Positions 36,988-47,333 are shown, numbered from the stretch's first letter. The stretch is DNA of 64,000 bases from Candidatus Aenigmatarchaeota archaeon (GCA_016187385.1 JACPJU010000001.1:8348-72347); one strand, 5' to 3'. Translations and numbers: made by a program. The notes: a model not told the origin generated them from the letters alone.

Positions 36988-37692
36988 ATGGAAGAAGGAC
37001 AGAAAGAACTTGTTCTCAAGTCGGCGAGAATTTCTTATTTAGGCAATTATATAATCGCGCTTTTGACTATAGTTTTTCTCGTCCTGCTTTATTTCCAATT
37101 CGGTATGACATTTTCACTGACCCCAAAGACTCAATCGGAATTGATATCCACGCTTATTCTTTTGGGAATTGCAGGCATAGCCTCTTTCATGATAGAACAG
37201 CCTGAATGGGACAGGTTGAGGCATTATTTCATAATAACGATGAACGAAGTCATCAAACACGAAGGGATTATAAACAAGCACAAGGTTATACTTCCTTATG
37301 CGACTGTGGCTGACATCAGCGTCAAGAAAAACTTTCTTGGAAGAATTCTTGATTATGGCGACTTGACCGTGAGCTCGTTCAAGACTGGCAGTGACATGAT
37401 GATGAAGGGTGTGAGGAGTCCTGAAAAATATTATACCATGATTCAGAACAGGGTCAATCTCATAAGGGAAGGCCAACTCCAGATGTTTGGCAAGAAAGGT
37501 CAGAGAGACGAAGAAGAGCCTGCAGAAAGCAGAGAAGAATTGGAAGACAGAAAGAAAGAATTGGAAGACATGATAGAGGAAACTAAACAGTCTTTCTACA
37601 ACAGGGAAATTGACGAGAAGCAGTTTGAAAGCACGATACAGAAGTTCCAGCAAGAGATTATCGAGATTGACGTGAAGCTTAAGAAAAAGTAG
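36988..37692 (+). CDS. Bacterial-PH-domain (bPH_2-like) membrane protein
   Basis: 2 TM segments, then GIINKH...ISVKKNFLGRILDYGDLTV. Confidence 0.82.
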   Translation: MEEGQKELVLKSARISYLGNYIIALLTIVFLVLLYFQFGMTFSLTPKTQSELISTLILLGIAGIASFMIEQPEWDRLRHYFIITMNEVIKHEGIINKHKVILPYATVADISVKKNFLGRILDYGDLTVSSFKTGSDMMMKGVRSPEKYYTMIQNRVNLIREGQLQMFGKKGQRDEEEPAESREELEDRKKELEDMIEETKQSFYNREIDEKQFESTIQKFQQEIIEIDVKLKKK

Positions 37693-37715
37693 AAAATAAA
37701 CCATAATTATGGAAA

Positions 37716-38615
37716 ATGCTTTGGGTGGTAACTGTTCCTATTAATGCGAGCGCGGAATACTTCGAAGCTGAGAAAAGATATTTGGAAGCCAAAAATAGAG
37801 AAGAGAAGATTGCAGCGTTAGAAGAAATGATTAGAAAATCGCCGAAACACAAAGGAGCACACAACCTGCTTGCTGATTTGAAAAAGAGATTGTCAAAATT
37901 AAAAACCGAGAATAAATCAAAGGCTTCTAGCAAACCTAGATTTTCCATTAGGAAAGAAGGCGCTGCTCAGATATGCATAATAGGTTTGACCAATTCCGGT
38001 AAGAGCACATTGTTGAATGCGTTGACAAATGCTCATGTAGAAGTTGGAGATTATGAATATACTACAAAAGAACCGAGAGTTGGCATGATGCTCTACGATG
38101 ACATGCAGTTTCAGTTGATAGAAATACCTTCTTCATTTGATTCGGAATCTGTAGGTCTCATACATTCATGCGATTTAATCCTGGTTTTATTGGATTCGAC
38201 ACGAAATATTGATAAACAAAAGAAAGAATTGATGAAATTTTTGGAATACAATAGGCTCGATTCAAAGAGATTGATTTTTGTCAAAAACAAAAGCAAAGTA
38301 TGTGGACTGGATCAGAGTATAGTTTGCATAGATGCCCAATCAAAAATAGGCATGAAAGAATTGAAAGAGAAGATTTGGAATACTCTCAACCTGATAAAGA
38401 TATATGCAAAATCCCCAAATAAGCCGAAGGCAATTCCAGCACTAGCATTGAAAAGAAATTCTACTGTATCGGACTTGGCAAAGGAAATTCATAAAGATTT
38501 CTTGGAGACATTCAAATTTGCGCGGATATTTAATTCAACGAAATTCTCTGGTAAGAAGGTTGGTTTAGATTATAAATTGCATGATAATGATATAGTAGAG
38601 ATACATACGGAATGA
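37716..38615 (+). CDS. DRG/Obg-family GTPase with TGS domain
   Basis: PKHKG, GLTNSGKSTL, YEYTTKEP, EIHKDF, DNDIVEIH. Confidence 0.9.
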   Translation: MLWVVTVPINASAEYFEAEKRYLEAKNREEKIAALEEMIRKSPKHKGAHNLLADLKKRLSKLKTENKSKASSKPRFSIRKEGAAQICIIGLTNSGKSTLLNALTNAHVEVGDYEYTTKEPRVGMMLYDDMQFQLIEIPSSFDSESVGLIHSCDLILVLLDSTRNIDKQKKELMKFLEYNRLDSKRLIFVKNKSKVCGLDQSIVCIDAQSKIGMKELKEKIWNTLNLIKIYAKSPNKPKAIPALALKRNSTVSDLAKEIHKDFLETFKFARIFNSTKFSGKKVGLDYKLHDNDIVEIHTE

Positions 38616-38619
38616 TTCT

Positions 38620-39900
38620 ATGGTGAAGGTTTATGGAGAATTTTATGGATGTTCAGCAAACAAAGCCGATTATGAGATAATGATTGGACTATTGAAGGAT
38701 GCTGGGATGGAAATTGTCGACTCTCCTAAGAATTCTGATATCAACTTGATAACGACTTGCGCTGTTAAAACGCCAACAGTTAATAGAATGATTTTCAGGT
38801 CAAATGAATTGACGAAGTTTAACAAACCGTTAATTGTTGCAGGATGCCTGTCGAAAATTGAAAAGGAAAGGCAATTAATAGAAAAGATAAATCCCAAAGC
38901 CAGTTTTGTTGGTCCCGATTCTATAACAAAAATCGTGGATGTCGCACATGCGACATTAAATGGAGAGAAAGTTCTCTCTTTAGAGAGGGTGTACGAAGAA
39001 AAAGTTGGTTTACCACACCTAAAAACAAATCCAATAGTTGATATTGTTGAGATAAATAGCGGCTGTCTTTCTTCTTGCACCTTTTGCGCAACAAAATTGG
39101 CTCGCGGTAATCTATACAGCTACAGACCTCATTCCATAAGGGAACAAATAAAACAATCGATAAAAGAAGGTGTAAAAGAAATCTGGTTGACATCACAAGA
39201 TTCATCGGCTTATGGAAGAGACATAGGAACTAACCTACCGGAATTGCTCGATTCGATAATTAGAATAGACGGAAATTTCTTTGTCCGAGTGGGAATGATG
39301 AATCCATTGCATTTCAAGAAAGTCGAGATAAAAGATTTAATCAATGCTTACAAGAATGAAAAGGTTTTCAAATTCCTGCACTTGTGCGTGCAGTCGGGAA
39401 GCAATAAAGTTTTGAAGATAATGAAGCGCGGTTATACAGTTGAAGAGTTTGTTTATTACGTTGAACGGTTCAGGGAAGAAATACCGGAATTGACATTAAT
39501 GACTGACATCATAACAGGCCATCCTGGTGAGGATGAAGAAGACCATGAACAAACTGTCGAATTGATAAAAGAAATCAAGCCAGATCTGACTGTTTTATCA
39601 AAATTCGGTGCTAGACCGGGGACACAGGCTGCAAAGATGGGACAGACACCCCAGAAAGTGGTTAACGAAAGGAGCAAAGAATTGTCAAAGATTATTAGAC
39701 ACGTGTCTTATGAAAGAAACAAAAGATGGTTAAGGTGGGAAGGTAAAGTTTTGATTGATGAGAAAGTCGAGGGTGCTGTTGTCGGGAGAAATTATGCATA
39801 CAAGCCTATAGTCATAAAAGAAAATCTTGGATTGGGTTCTACAGTCAATGTGAAAATATCTAAAGTTACTCGATATGCGTTGACAGGAAAATTGGTTTAA
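38620..39900 (+). CDS. tRNA t6A37 methylthiotransferase (e-MtaB/CDKAL1-like radical SAM)
   Basis: YGCSAN, TCAVK, GCLSSCTFCATK, VQSGS, C-terminal TRAM domain. Confidence 0.92.
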   Translation: MVKVYGEFYGCSANKADYEIMIGLLKDAGMEIVDSPKNSDINLITTCAVKTPTVNRMIFRSNELTKFNKPLIVAGCLSKIEKERQLIEKINPKASFVGPDSITKIVDVAHATLNGEKVLSLERVYEEKVGLPHLKTNPIVDIVEINSGCLSSCTFCATKLARGNLYSYRPHSIREQIKQSIKEGVKEIWLTSQDSSAYGRDIGTNLPELLDSIIRIDGNFFVRVGMMNPLHFKKVEIKDLINAYKNEKVFKFLHLCVQSGSNKVLKIMKRGYTVEEFVYYVERFREEIPELTLMTDIITGHPGEDEEDHEQTVELIKEIKPDLTVLSKFGARPGTQAAKMGQTPQKVVNERSKELSKIIRHVSYERNKRWLRWEGKVLIDEKVEGAVVGRNYAYKPIVIKENLGLGSTVNVKISKVTRYALTGKLV

Positions 39901-40928
39901 TCTATGATGACTGTTTCCAGTTTTGCAAGATTGCAGAAATCCGTTGAATAGGTATATGCGCCGGCATTCAAAAAAGTAATTGTATCGCCTATTTTTGGAT
40001 TGTTCAAGTAAACTCTATATCTGAATATATCCATGGAATCTGGCGTGTAGCCTTTAATCAAATATGGTGTGCCTTGCTCAAGTTCTCCTTCAATTAAAAG
40101 CTTAATGTTGGCAACAATTGTGTCCATTGAAGAATTGTATACAGAACAATTGACTACGATTGTATTGTCATGAATACCGATTATTTTCGCTTCAAGTTTT
40201 ATACAAGGTCCAGCGACGAATCTTCCAGGTTCTATAATCATTTTCACATTATAGCCATTCAACCATTCTTTCAATTCCTTAATCTTGCTGAAGACATGAG
40301 GAAGGACGTCGACATTATAATTTTTGTACTGTATAGGAATTCCGCCCCCGATATTCAAGATGTCTATTTGTTTCAGGGTGTCCTTATGTAGAACTTCGCT
40401 CAATTCTTCCTTCAGAGACCATTCGCTTATGTTCTGTGTTTTTCTATTGAAATGAACTCCCAAGTTGTCTATTTTTCTGTTCTGTCTTAATTGCGGTATC
40501 AGATTGTTTATCTGCTGTGAAAACATGCCGAAAACATAATATTTTTCAGTCCTGATTGTATGCTCTTTCATTCTCATTCTTAGAAGAATGTTTATTTTGT
40601 CGTCTCTGCTTTTCATGAATTCAATCAATGAGTTCAAATCCACTTCGTTATAAACTATAAACGACCTGACTCCTTTTTCAAATAATTGATTAAGCTCTTC
40701 GTTGCTCCAGCTTTGACCTACAAACCACACCTTGTTTTTGTCTTTCACATTATCGAGATATTCCATGAAATGTACGGTAAACCAAGAATCTGTATTCTCT
40801 TCCAGTAATTTTCCCACGACAGGGTTTGTTTTCAAACTGTATGAGATATTACCGGAAATATTCTTGACCGCATTGTACTGTTCCAAAAGTTTCGACTTGC
40901 TCAAAACGAATCTTGCTTTATTTGTCAT
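39897..40928 (-). CDS. PLP-dependent Orn/DAP/Arg decarboxylase family protein
   Basis: SYSLKTNP, NIGGGIP, IEPGRF, DSMD, NAGAY. Confidence 0.88.
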   Translation of the reverse strand: MTNKARFVLSKSKLLEQYNAVKNISGNISYSLKTNPVVGKLLEENTDSWFTVHFMEYLDNVKDKNKVWFVGQSWSNEELNQLFEKGVRSFIVYNEVDLNSLIEFMKSRDDKINILLRMRMKEHTIRTEKYYVFGMFSQQINNLIPQLRQNRKIDNLGVHFNRKTQNISEWSLKEELSEVLHKDTLKQIDILNIGGGIPIQYKNYNVDVLPHVFSKIKELKEWLNGYNVKMIIEPGRFVAGPCIKLEAKIIGIHDNTIVVNCSVYNSSMDTIVANIKLLIEGELEQGTPYLIKGYTPDSMDIFRYRVYLNNPKIGDTITFLNAGAYTYSTDFCNLAKLETVIID

Positions 40929-41862
40929 TGATGATTCCTTTCCGGGAAAGTTCTTCCAACGCCCTTACCATCGCTAAAGGAAATGTTATTGTAACATCGC
41001 CTATGACAGTAGCGACATCGGAATTGTCTTTTATCTTGCCCCAGCTTTTCGCTTCCCTTGTTGTCGCACCGCTCATGCTTCCAGAGAATTCACGTGATGT
41101 TGTCATATAGACTGCGTAGTCCAGTCCGCCATTAATGAGGCAGGAAAGTATGGCATGATGCTTTGATACTCCGCCACCAAGTGCTATTATCCCCTTTCTG
41201 TCGTCTATGCTTGTCGAGGAAAGTATGTTTGAGAAATCTTTTACGACATCGACTATGAAATCGGGGTTCTTTTGCTGGAACATGAACAGATGAAAACCGA
41301 GAGCACCGTCCGTGATAGCTGGGCAGAATATCGGGACATTGTTTCTTGCGGCCTGATAAAGAATAGAATCATTGTCTTCCAACATCAAACCAATTTCTTT
41401 CAACATATCGGAAACAGCCCATCTCTTTTGTTTTTCGTATAATTTCTGTAGCATTCCTCTGATTACGTTCTCGAATTTTTCATAGCTTTTGTTTGTTATG
41501 AGCAGGTTGCCTATTCTGTTCGTACCCTTTTCGTGCAATTCGATATCATCAGCATTAAACTCGCCTATGATAAACTGTTCGCCGTAAGCTCTCATAATGT
41601 CTTCTTCTATACTGCCTACTGTTGTCACGATTACGTCCGCCATTTTAAGTTTTATCAACTGTGAAAAGAAACCCCTCAAGCCTGAGGTGACCATGTTGGA
41701 AGTGAATGTAAAGAATATTTTGGCTCCAGATTCTTTCATTTTTATGATTGTCTGGGATGCCTTTTCCAGTTCTATGCTCTGGAATCCAACGCTACTCATG
41801 CCTTTGACTAGGTCATCGACAGACATTCCTTTTGTCCATTTTAAATCTTTAACATAAACCAT
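40918..41862 (-). CDS. Deoxyhypusine synthase family protein
   Basis: TSNMVTSGLR, NRIGN, PAITDG, GGGVSKHH, SGA..REAKSWGK. Confidence 0.94.
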   Translation of the reverse strand: MVYVKDLKWTKGMSVDDLVKGMSSVGFQSIELEKASQTIIKMKESGAKIFFTFTSNMVTSGLRGFFSQLIKLKMADVIVTTVGSIEEDIMRAYGEQFIIGEFNADDIELHEKGTNRIGNLLITNKSYEKFENVIRGMLQKLYEKQKRWAVSDMLKEIGLMLEDNDSILYQAARNNVPIFCPAITDGALGFHLFMFQQKNPDFIVDVVKDFSNILSSTSIDDRKGIIALGGGVSKHHAILSCLINGGLDYAVYMTTSREFSGSMSGATTREAKSWGKIKDNSDVATVIGDVTITFPLAMVRALEELSRKGIINDK

Positions 41863-41970
41863 AGAAATCAACGGGGGATTCAGTAGCAAAAAGCCGATCT
41901 TAAATGTAAATGAGCTTCTCAGATATGGATGAGATTATATCCCCTTATAATTCAATTAATGACAAATCAT

Positions 41971-42798
41971 TTAAATCTTATGCAAAATCTCGAATACTGA
42001 CCTTGCGATTAAAAATTCGGATATCTCATTGTCTTGAGAATTAAGGCAACATACGTCAATCCCGACTATCTTTCCGTTTACTGATTGCATCATTTTTTGA
42101 AAGTTGTTGAAAAATATGCCGTCTGGTTCAGGCATGTCGACGGCAGGACATATACTAGGATCGAAAACATCGACATCAAAAGAAATGTAAACTCTTGAAT
42201 TTTTGGTGAATTCTTTTATCTGTTCTAGAACTTCCTGATTTTCGATTATCTTCCTGCTGGTGAAATATTTTATTCCGGATTTCTTCAAATCATTGAGCTC
42301 AAATTCGTCGCAAGACCTGACTCCAAGCAACATTATGTTTTCTGGTTTGATGAACTCAGAAACCCTTCTTAGCCATGTTGCGTCATTTATATTAGGGTTG
42401 TAAAAACCTTCATTCATCTCCCTTATTTTTTCATCGTCATAAGAATTCTTGAAATCTCCGTGTGCGTCAAAAACAACCAATTTCACGTTTTCAAAAGCTT
42501 TCAAGGAATAGAGTGAAAGTAAATGATTACCGCCCAATATTAAAGGGGGTTTGTTCATTTGTAGTATTTTCTTTGTTTCCTCTGTAATTCTGTCCAAGGA
42601 TGTTAATTCCATATCGCCTGAATCGTGAAGTTTCACATTTTCAAGCAGGTTCACTCCAGAATCCAAGTCCATGGGCTCTACAAATTGGCTGACATAACGC
42701 AGTGATTGTAGAGATTTGTTGGGATTTTTTCCCAGAGGCACGCCGAACGCTACTACATTGGATTCGTCCAGATTGAAGTCGAAACTTGCGAATTTCAT
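41971..42798 (-). CDS. Agmatinase/arginase family ureohydrolase
   Basis: GGNH, FDAHGD, SFDVDVFDP. Confidence 0.9.
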   Translation of the reverse strand: MKFASFDFNLDESNVVAFGVPLGKNPNKSLQSLRYVSQFVEPMDLDSGVNLLENVKLHDSGDMELTSLDRITEETKKILQMNKPPLILGGNHLLSLYSLKAFENVKLVVFDAHGDFKNSYDDEKIREMNEGFYNPNINDATWLRRVSEFIKPENIMLLGVRSCDEFELNDLKKSGIKYFTSRKIIENQEVLEQIKEFTKNSRVYISFDVDVFDPSICPAVDMPEPDGIFFNNFQKMMQSVNGKIVGIDVCCLNSQDNEISEFLIARSVFEILHKI

Positions 42799-42844
42799 AA
42801 TTCTAATGAGAAGGAAAGGATTAAGAGTTTGACTATTCAGACCC

Positions 42845-43285
42845 TCAGTAAGAACAGGCTTCTAGATCGTCGCTCAATCTAGGAATAAACGCCATGAATT
42901 TTCTTATATCCCTAGTCGTTCTCCTGTACTCCTCCTCCCTACCAAGGGCTATATCTGTATCGCCACATGCGATAAGTGTTTTTTCTGGTTGGTAAACGCC
43001 ATCATGAAAGATCCAGCAGTATTTGTCGGGATTTCCCGGCCATTCCGAAATACCGCCATACCCGAAAACCTCCGCAATTTTTGTCCCATTGTCGCCCCAT
43101 AAAGCGACTATCAGATAATCAGCATTTCCTACCAAGTACCTGTTTTCATACAAAGTATCTCGCGCGTGTCTTTCTGCAGCATGTGTAGTCAAGTAAGTGT
43201 CTTCAAAGCCGGCTTTGTGCATATATAATTTTGTAGGCTTGATTGCACCATTTAATATAAATCTAGCAACAAATCCCATATCCAA
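42845..43285 (-). CDS. Hypothetical protein
   Basis: 146-aa ORF. Confidence 0.55.
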   Translation of the reverse strand: MDMGFVARFILNGAIKPTKLYMHKAGFEDTYLTTHAAERHARDTLYENRYLVGNADYLIVALWGDNGTKIAEVFGYGGISEWPGNPDKYCWIFHDGVYQPEKTLIACGDTDIALGREEEYRRTTRDIRKFMAFIPRLSDDLEACSY

Positions 43286-43388
43286 TCAGTCAAATAGTAA
43301 TCTTGTGAATATTTAAATCTTCAAGAGTCTATGAACCTCTGTACTAACCACTGAAGTAATTTATAAATGTTAATGGTATAAGTATAAT

Positions 43389-43595
43389 ATGGGAGCTTAT
43401 GAAATTGCATATTTAGACCCAGATTCTAGAAAATTGCTTTCAATGGGAGAACGCAATCGAAGATTTAGAGAAATTGCAAGAGAATATCTGGAAGGAAGAA
43501 TCAGTTACGAAACCATGAGCGATAAACGCGACTGCCTTTACAAGCCACAAATGGTACCAATTACTAAAGACAATAATCGGACTGTTGTTGTATAA
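43389..43595 (+). CDS. Hypothetical protein
   Basis: 68-aa ORF, TTTATAAA upstream. Confidence 0.5.
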   Translation: MGAYEIAYLDPDSRKLLSMGERNRRFREIAREYLEGRISYETMSDKRDCLYKPQMVPITKDNNRTVVV

Positions 43596-43605
43596 TCTTT
43601 CAGAA

Positions 43606-43664
43606 TTGCTTCTTCACCATGCTTCTGACAACCTTCATGACATCCTGTGCGTCTATCCTTCCGC
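43606..43664 (-). repeat. Displaced duplicate of the gatE 3' end (direct repeat of 44455-44513)
   Basis: 54/59 nt identical; reads GRIDAQDVMKVVRSMVKKQ versus gatE GRIDAQDVMKVVKGMVKK*. Confidence 0.92.
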
Positions 43665-43683
43665 ATGTAAGAATTATTCACGA

Positions 43684-43974
43684 TTATCCTGTTGCAACTA
43701 ATTGAAATTTCTCTTTTAGTTTTTCGTTACTTGCTAGCTTTCTTTCGAACATCTCCTCTATATCCTTGCCGGTAGGAGCATATAGTATATTGCCATCACT
43801 ATCTATGACCATTTCGCCTATAGGGAAGACAGCAACTTTCGACATATGAAATACAGGAACTATCCATATACCAACTTTACTATCAAAAATAGGCTCGCCT
43901 GGACCTATCAAGTTTCCTATATTTTCGATTAAATACCTATCTGCCTGTTCATAAGCTTCTTCTTTTGTTATCAT
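43684..43974 (-). CDS. Hypothetical protein (PepSY-like start)
   Basis: MITKEEAYEQA...WIVPV...VIDSDGNIL; overlaps the C39 gene stop. Confidence 0.65.
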   Translation of the reverse strand: MITKEEAYEQADRYLIENIGNLIGPGEPIFDSKVGIWIVPVFHMSKVAVFPIGEMVIDSDGNILYAPTGKDIEEMFERKLASNEKLKEKFQLVATG

Positions 43975-44450
43975 TTAATTTCACTCCCCAAAATGAAAAT
44001 TAATCTAAATTTGCTATTCCATGCTCTGGTAAATGTTTCCAAGTCAACCTCTTTATTTTCTCCTCCAAACTCTTGATCAGGATCGTTTATAACTATGTTT
44101 TTATTTGTAATATCCTTTACTATGATGTAATGACCATGTTCGGATTCTGGCAAATTATACAAAACACTTGGTTTAACTAAGACTATAGGATAAAATCCTT
44201 TATTGATATATCTTTGCAATTCTTCAATTGTGGAGCCGAAATGGAAACTATATTCAACATTGTAATTTTCACAAATAGTTTTCATCATGTTAGGTGATAC
44301 ACCTTTTCGAGGACTAAAATTTATTATTTCAGCCAACCGATATTCATTTATTTTTATATCCATATATTCTAGAATCATTCTTAGACACGCTAAAGAGCAT
44401 GTAAAGGGAGTTTGCTGTTTATAATAAGGAAACTTTTCCACAAAAATCAA
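43971..44450 (-). CDS. C39-family cysteine peptidase
   Basis: QQTPFTCSLACLRMIL, GHYIIV, INDP. Confidence 0.88.
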   Translation of the reverse strand: MIFVEKFPYYKQQTPFTCSLACLRMILEYMDIKINEYRLAEIINFSPRKGVSPNMMKTICENYNVEYSFHFGSTIEELQRYINKGFYPIVLVKPSVLYNLPESEHGHYIIVKDITNKNIVINDPDQEFGGENKEVDLETFTRAWNSKFRLIFILGSEIK

Positions 44451-44454
44451 TAAT

Positions 44455-45912
44455 TTACTTCTTCACCATACCTTTGACAACCTTCATGACATCCTGGGCG
44501 TCTATCCTTCCGCGAACCTTGCTCATGACAATGCCGTAAACCTTCTCGAAAGGCATGTTAGCGGATTTGTCCAGAACCTCTTTTGTGATGTCCTTAACCT
44601 CACCGGCAGTCGCAGGTTTCAGATTTAATTCCTTCAACGCCTCTTCAACGCCATCCTGCGGATAAGTCGCAAGATACTTCACTATCTGTGGTATAGCTTC
44701 CTTAACAAATTTCTTCTTGTCCAGAGCATCGAAAAGTTCCATAAATCTGTTCTCGGGTATCCTTTCAATCTCGACCTTCTCTCTTCTCTGCAGGTCTTTC
44801 AATATTGAAACAAAAGTATTAGCGACAATCGTGGGATCGACCTTCGTCTTGTCGACAATTTCCTCGAACAGATCCAGATATTCTGAATTCAGAATTTCCG
44901 TAGCCAAGCCTTCAGGCAGTTTCATCTTTACCTTGAACCTTTCCACTTTCCTTGTCCACGGCTCTGGCAGGTCTCTTCTTATCTTGTCCGTATATTCATT
45001 GGAGATTGATATCGGGAGCAAATCAGTTTCAGGATACATCCTTTCGGCGCCAGGCAATGGTCTCAGGAATTTTGTTGTCCCGTCCGGATTGAATGCGCGC
45101 GTTTCTTCCTTCACCTTTTCAGACAACTGCCTTCTGACTTCCAGTTCGATAACCTTCGACAATATTCCAAGTTCTTGTATGCCTTTGATTTCAATCCTCG
45201 GACCGTTCTTGATGCTTACGTTCATGTCCTGCCTTATGGAGCCTATGCCGTGCTTTGTCTTTCCTGTCGACCTTGTCATCACGCCGATGAGATAAGCTAT
45301 CTCCTGTATCTGTGCTGGCGTGTAACCTTCCAGTACACCAGTTCCAATTTCAACGAGAGGTATTCCCAATCGATTGAGACGATAAGTGACATTTCCGTTT
45401 TCATCGCCGACAATTGCAGCAGCATCCTCTTCCACGCTGACCTGCGCTATCGGAATCTTCTTTCCTTTGTAGACAACATGACCGTTCAATCCGATGATTG
45501 CAGTCCTCTGGAATCCTGACGTGTTGCTGCCATCGATAACAACTTTTCTCATTATCTGGATTTCATTCGGAATTTCGCAATTCAACAGCAAAGAGATTTG
45601 CAACGCAAGATCAAATGCTTCTGGATTTATTTTGTGTGGTGGCTCTTCGTCTAATTCGACAAGGCATGACTCATTATTGAAAACTTGGTAAATGAACGCC
45701 CTATCCCTCAGGTATTCGAATTCTGCTGCCGCGTCAATCCCGCCCATTTCGCTTGCGACTGGATGAAGCTTGCGGCTCACAGTGTTTGTGGGTGTTTTCT
45801 CTTTCATTGATGTCGAACAATTACAGAACAATTTGTGTTGTGTATCTAGCTGCACATGAAGTTCCAATCCGATCTTCAGTCTCAAGTTTTTGTAATTAAG
45901 AGCCTTTTCCAT
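44455..45912 (-). CDS. gatE: Glu-tRNA(Gln) amidotransferase subunit E (short form)
   Basis: GLELHVQL, DEEPPH, IDGSNTSGFQRT, GSIRQDMNVSI, RMYPETD. Confidence 0.95.
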   Translation of the reverse strand: MEKALNYKNLRLKIGLELHVQLDTQHKLFCNCSTSMKEKTPTNTVSRKLHPVASEMGGIDAAAEFEYLRDRAFIYQVFNNESCLVELDEEPPHKINPEAFDLALQISLLLNCEIPNEIQIMRKVVIDGSNTSGFQRTAIIGLNGHVVYKGKKIPIAQVSVEEDAAAIVGDENGNVTYRLNRLGIPLVEIGTGVLEGYTPAQIQEIAYLIGVMTRSTGKTKHGIGSIRQDMNVSIKNGPRIEIKGIQELGILSKVIELEVRRQLSEKVKEETRAFNPDGTTKFLRPLPGAERMYPETDLLPISISNEYTDKIRRDLPEPWTRKVERFKVKMKLPEGLATEILNSEYLDLFEEIVDKTKVDPTIVANTFVSILKDLQRREKVEIERIPENRFMELFDALDKKKFVKEAIPQIVKYLATYPQDGVEEALKELNLKPATAGEVKDITKEVLDKSANMPFEKVYGIVMSKVRGRIDAQDVMKVVKGMVKK

Positions 45913-47273
45913 TATCCCACCGAAGTTCTTTCGCTTATTTCGCCTGCATAGCTCGTTGTCATCATTTCTTTGATCTTGTTCATGTCTTTCGTGTGGCCAA
46001 GAACCCACATCAATTTCACAAGCGCAGTCTCAGGTGTCCAGTCTGCATAATTGCCAATAACTCCTGTAGCATTCAGCATCCTTCCAGCTTCGTAGATGTT
46101 CAAATCGAGCCTTCCATGGATTGTTTGAGGAGCTATGACAACAGGAATCCCGGAATCTATCAGATTTTTGATGTTCGGTATGATGCTTTGTGCGAATTTG
46201 TCGCCTGTCGGATTTGCGGGCACGTTTCCTATTCCGGTAACAGCAAGAACAACACCGTCAAAACTGCTCAAGGAATTAATGAACTCCGGCTTGATGCCAG
46301 GATATATATAAACCAATGTCACATTCGAATTCATTTGGTCGTCCAACTTTACTTTTTTCTTGTCCTCTCTTTTCTTGTAGTCGGTCCTCATATATTCAAT
46401 CTTTTTATCAGGATATGTTATCTTTGCCAGAGGCCGGACATTTATGCTCCTGAAGGCGTCCCTTCGTGAGGTGTGCAGTTTCCTTACCTTTGTTCCATGG
46501 TGGACATAACAAAAATCATCTGTCGTGTTGCCGTGCATGACCACAACCACTTCAGCTATGTCTGACTCTGCCGCAACCGTGGCTCCGCAGACAAGATTCA
46601 CAAGATTATCACTGCTTCCCCTGTCGCTGCTTCTCTGGGCACCGACCAGAACAACTGGGACTGACAGGTCTCGGAGCATGAAGCTCAGTGCAGCTGCCGT
46701 GAAGTGCATCGTATCTGTACCATGCATGATAACAACGCCCTTGGATCCAGACTCGATTTCTTTCACGACTTCTTTCGCTATTATCTTCCAGTGCTCAGGA
46801 GTCATGTCTTCTGATAAAAGGTCAAACAGCTTCCTGCTTTTGATGTTCGCGACATCTTTCAACTCAGGAAAGGACAAAAGAAGGTCTGCGGGAGAAAATG
46901 CGGGAAAAACAGCTCCTGTTTTGTATTCCACCCTGGATGCAATAGTACCGCCAGCACCTAAAATGGAGATAGTCGGCTTTGAAGGGTCTTTCCTGACAGT
47001 TATTGTCGACGGCTTGAACTTGATCGGCTTGCCTCTCTCCAAGAGCTTGATTTTTACATCCTTGTCGTATTTTACCCCTATGTTGTAGCCGTTTGGGAGC
47101 TTTATCGTCAAGGAGGAAGGATCGCCCAGCCCTATCCTAGGCATAAGTATACCCGCATACTGGATTTTACCATTAATTACAGAAATTTTATCTCCAATCT
47201 TTATCTTTTTGCTTTTCAGCAACGATTCGATTTCTTGAGAATACAAGGTTTTCCCAATATAATTATGTTTCAA
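45912..47273 (-). CDS. gatD: Glu-tRNA(Gln) amidotransferase subunit D
   Basis: KLPNGYNIG, GGTIASRVEYKTG, HGTDT, QRSSDRGSSD, HTSRRDAF. Confidence 0.96.
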   Translation of the reverse strand: MKHNYIGKTLYSQEIESLLKSKKIKIGDKISVINGKIQYAGILMPRIGLGDPSSLTIKLPNGYNIGVKYDKDVKIKLLERGKPIKFKPSTITVRKDPSKPTISILGAGGTIASRVEYKTGAVFPAFSPADLLLSFPELKDVANIKSRKLFDLLSEDMTPEHWKIIAKEVVKEIESGSKGVVIMHGTDTMHFTAAALSFMLRDLSVPVVLVGAQRSSDRGSSDNLVNLVCGATVAAESDIAEVVVVMHGNTTDDFCYVHHGTKVRKLHTSRRDAFRSINVRPLAKITYPDKKIEYMRTDYKKREDKKKVKLDDQMNSNVTLVYIYPGIKPEFINSLSSFDGVVLAVTGIGNVPANPTGDKFAQSIIPNIKNLIDSGIPVVIAPQTIHGRLDLNIYEAGRMLNATGVIGNYADWTPETALVKLMWVLGHTKDMNKIKEMMTTSYAGEISERTSVG

Positions 47274-47333
47274 AGATATAAAATAGTAGGATTTTAAGAC
47301 ATATTTTGAAGTAAATAGACTCTAAATTGCTTT

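Noticed and set aside
37114-37704. Long antisense ORFs (e.g. 37114-37704, 44717-45295, 46525-47088, 54779-55288)
   Set aside because: Shadow frames of well-supported genes on the opposite strand
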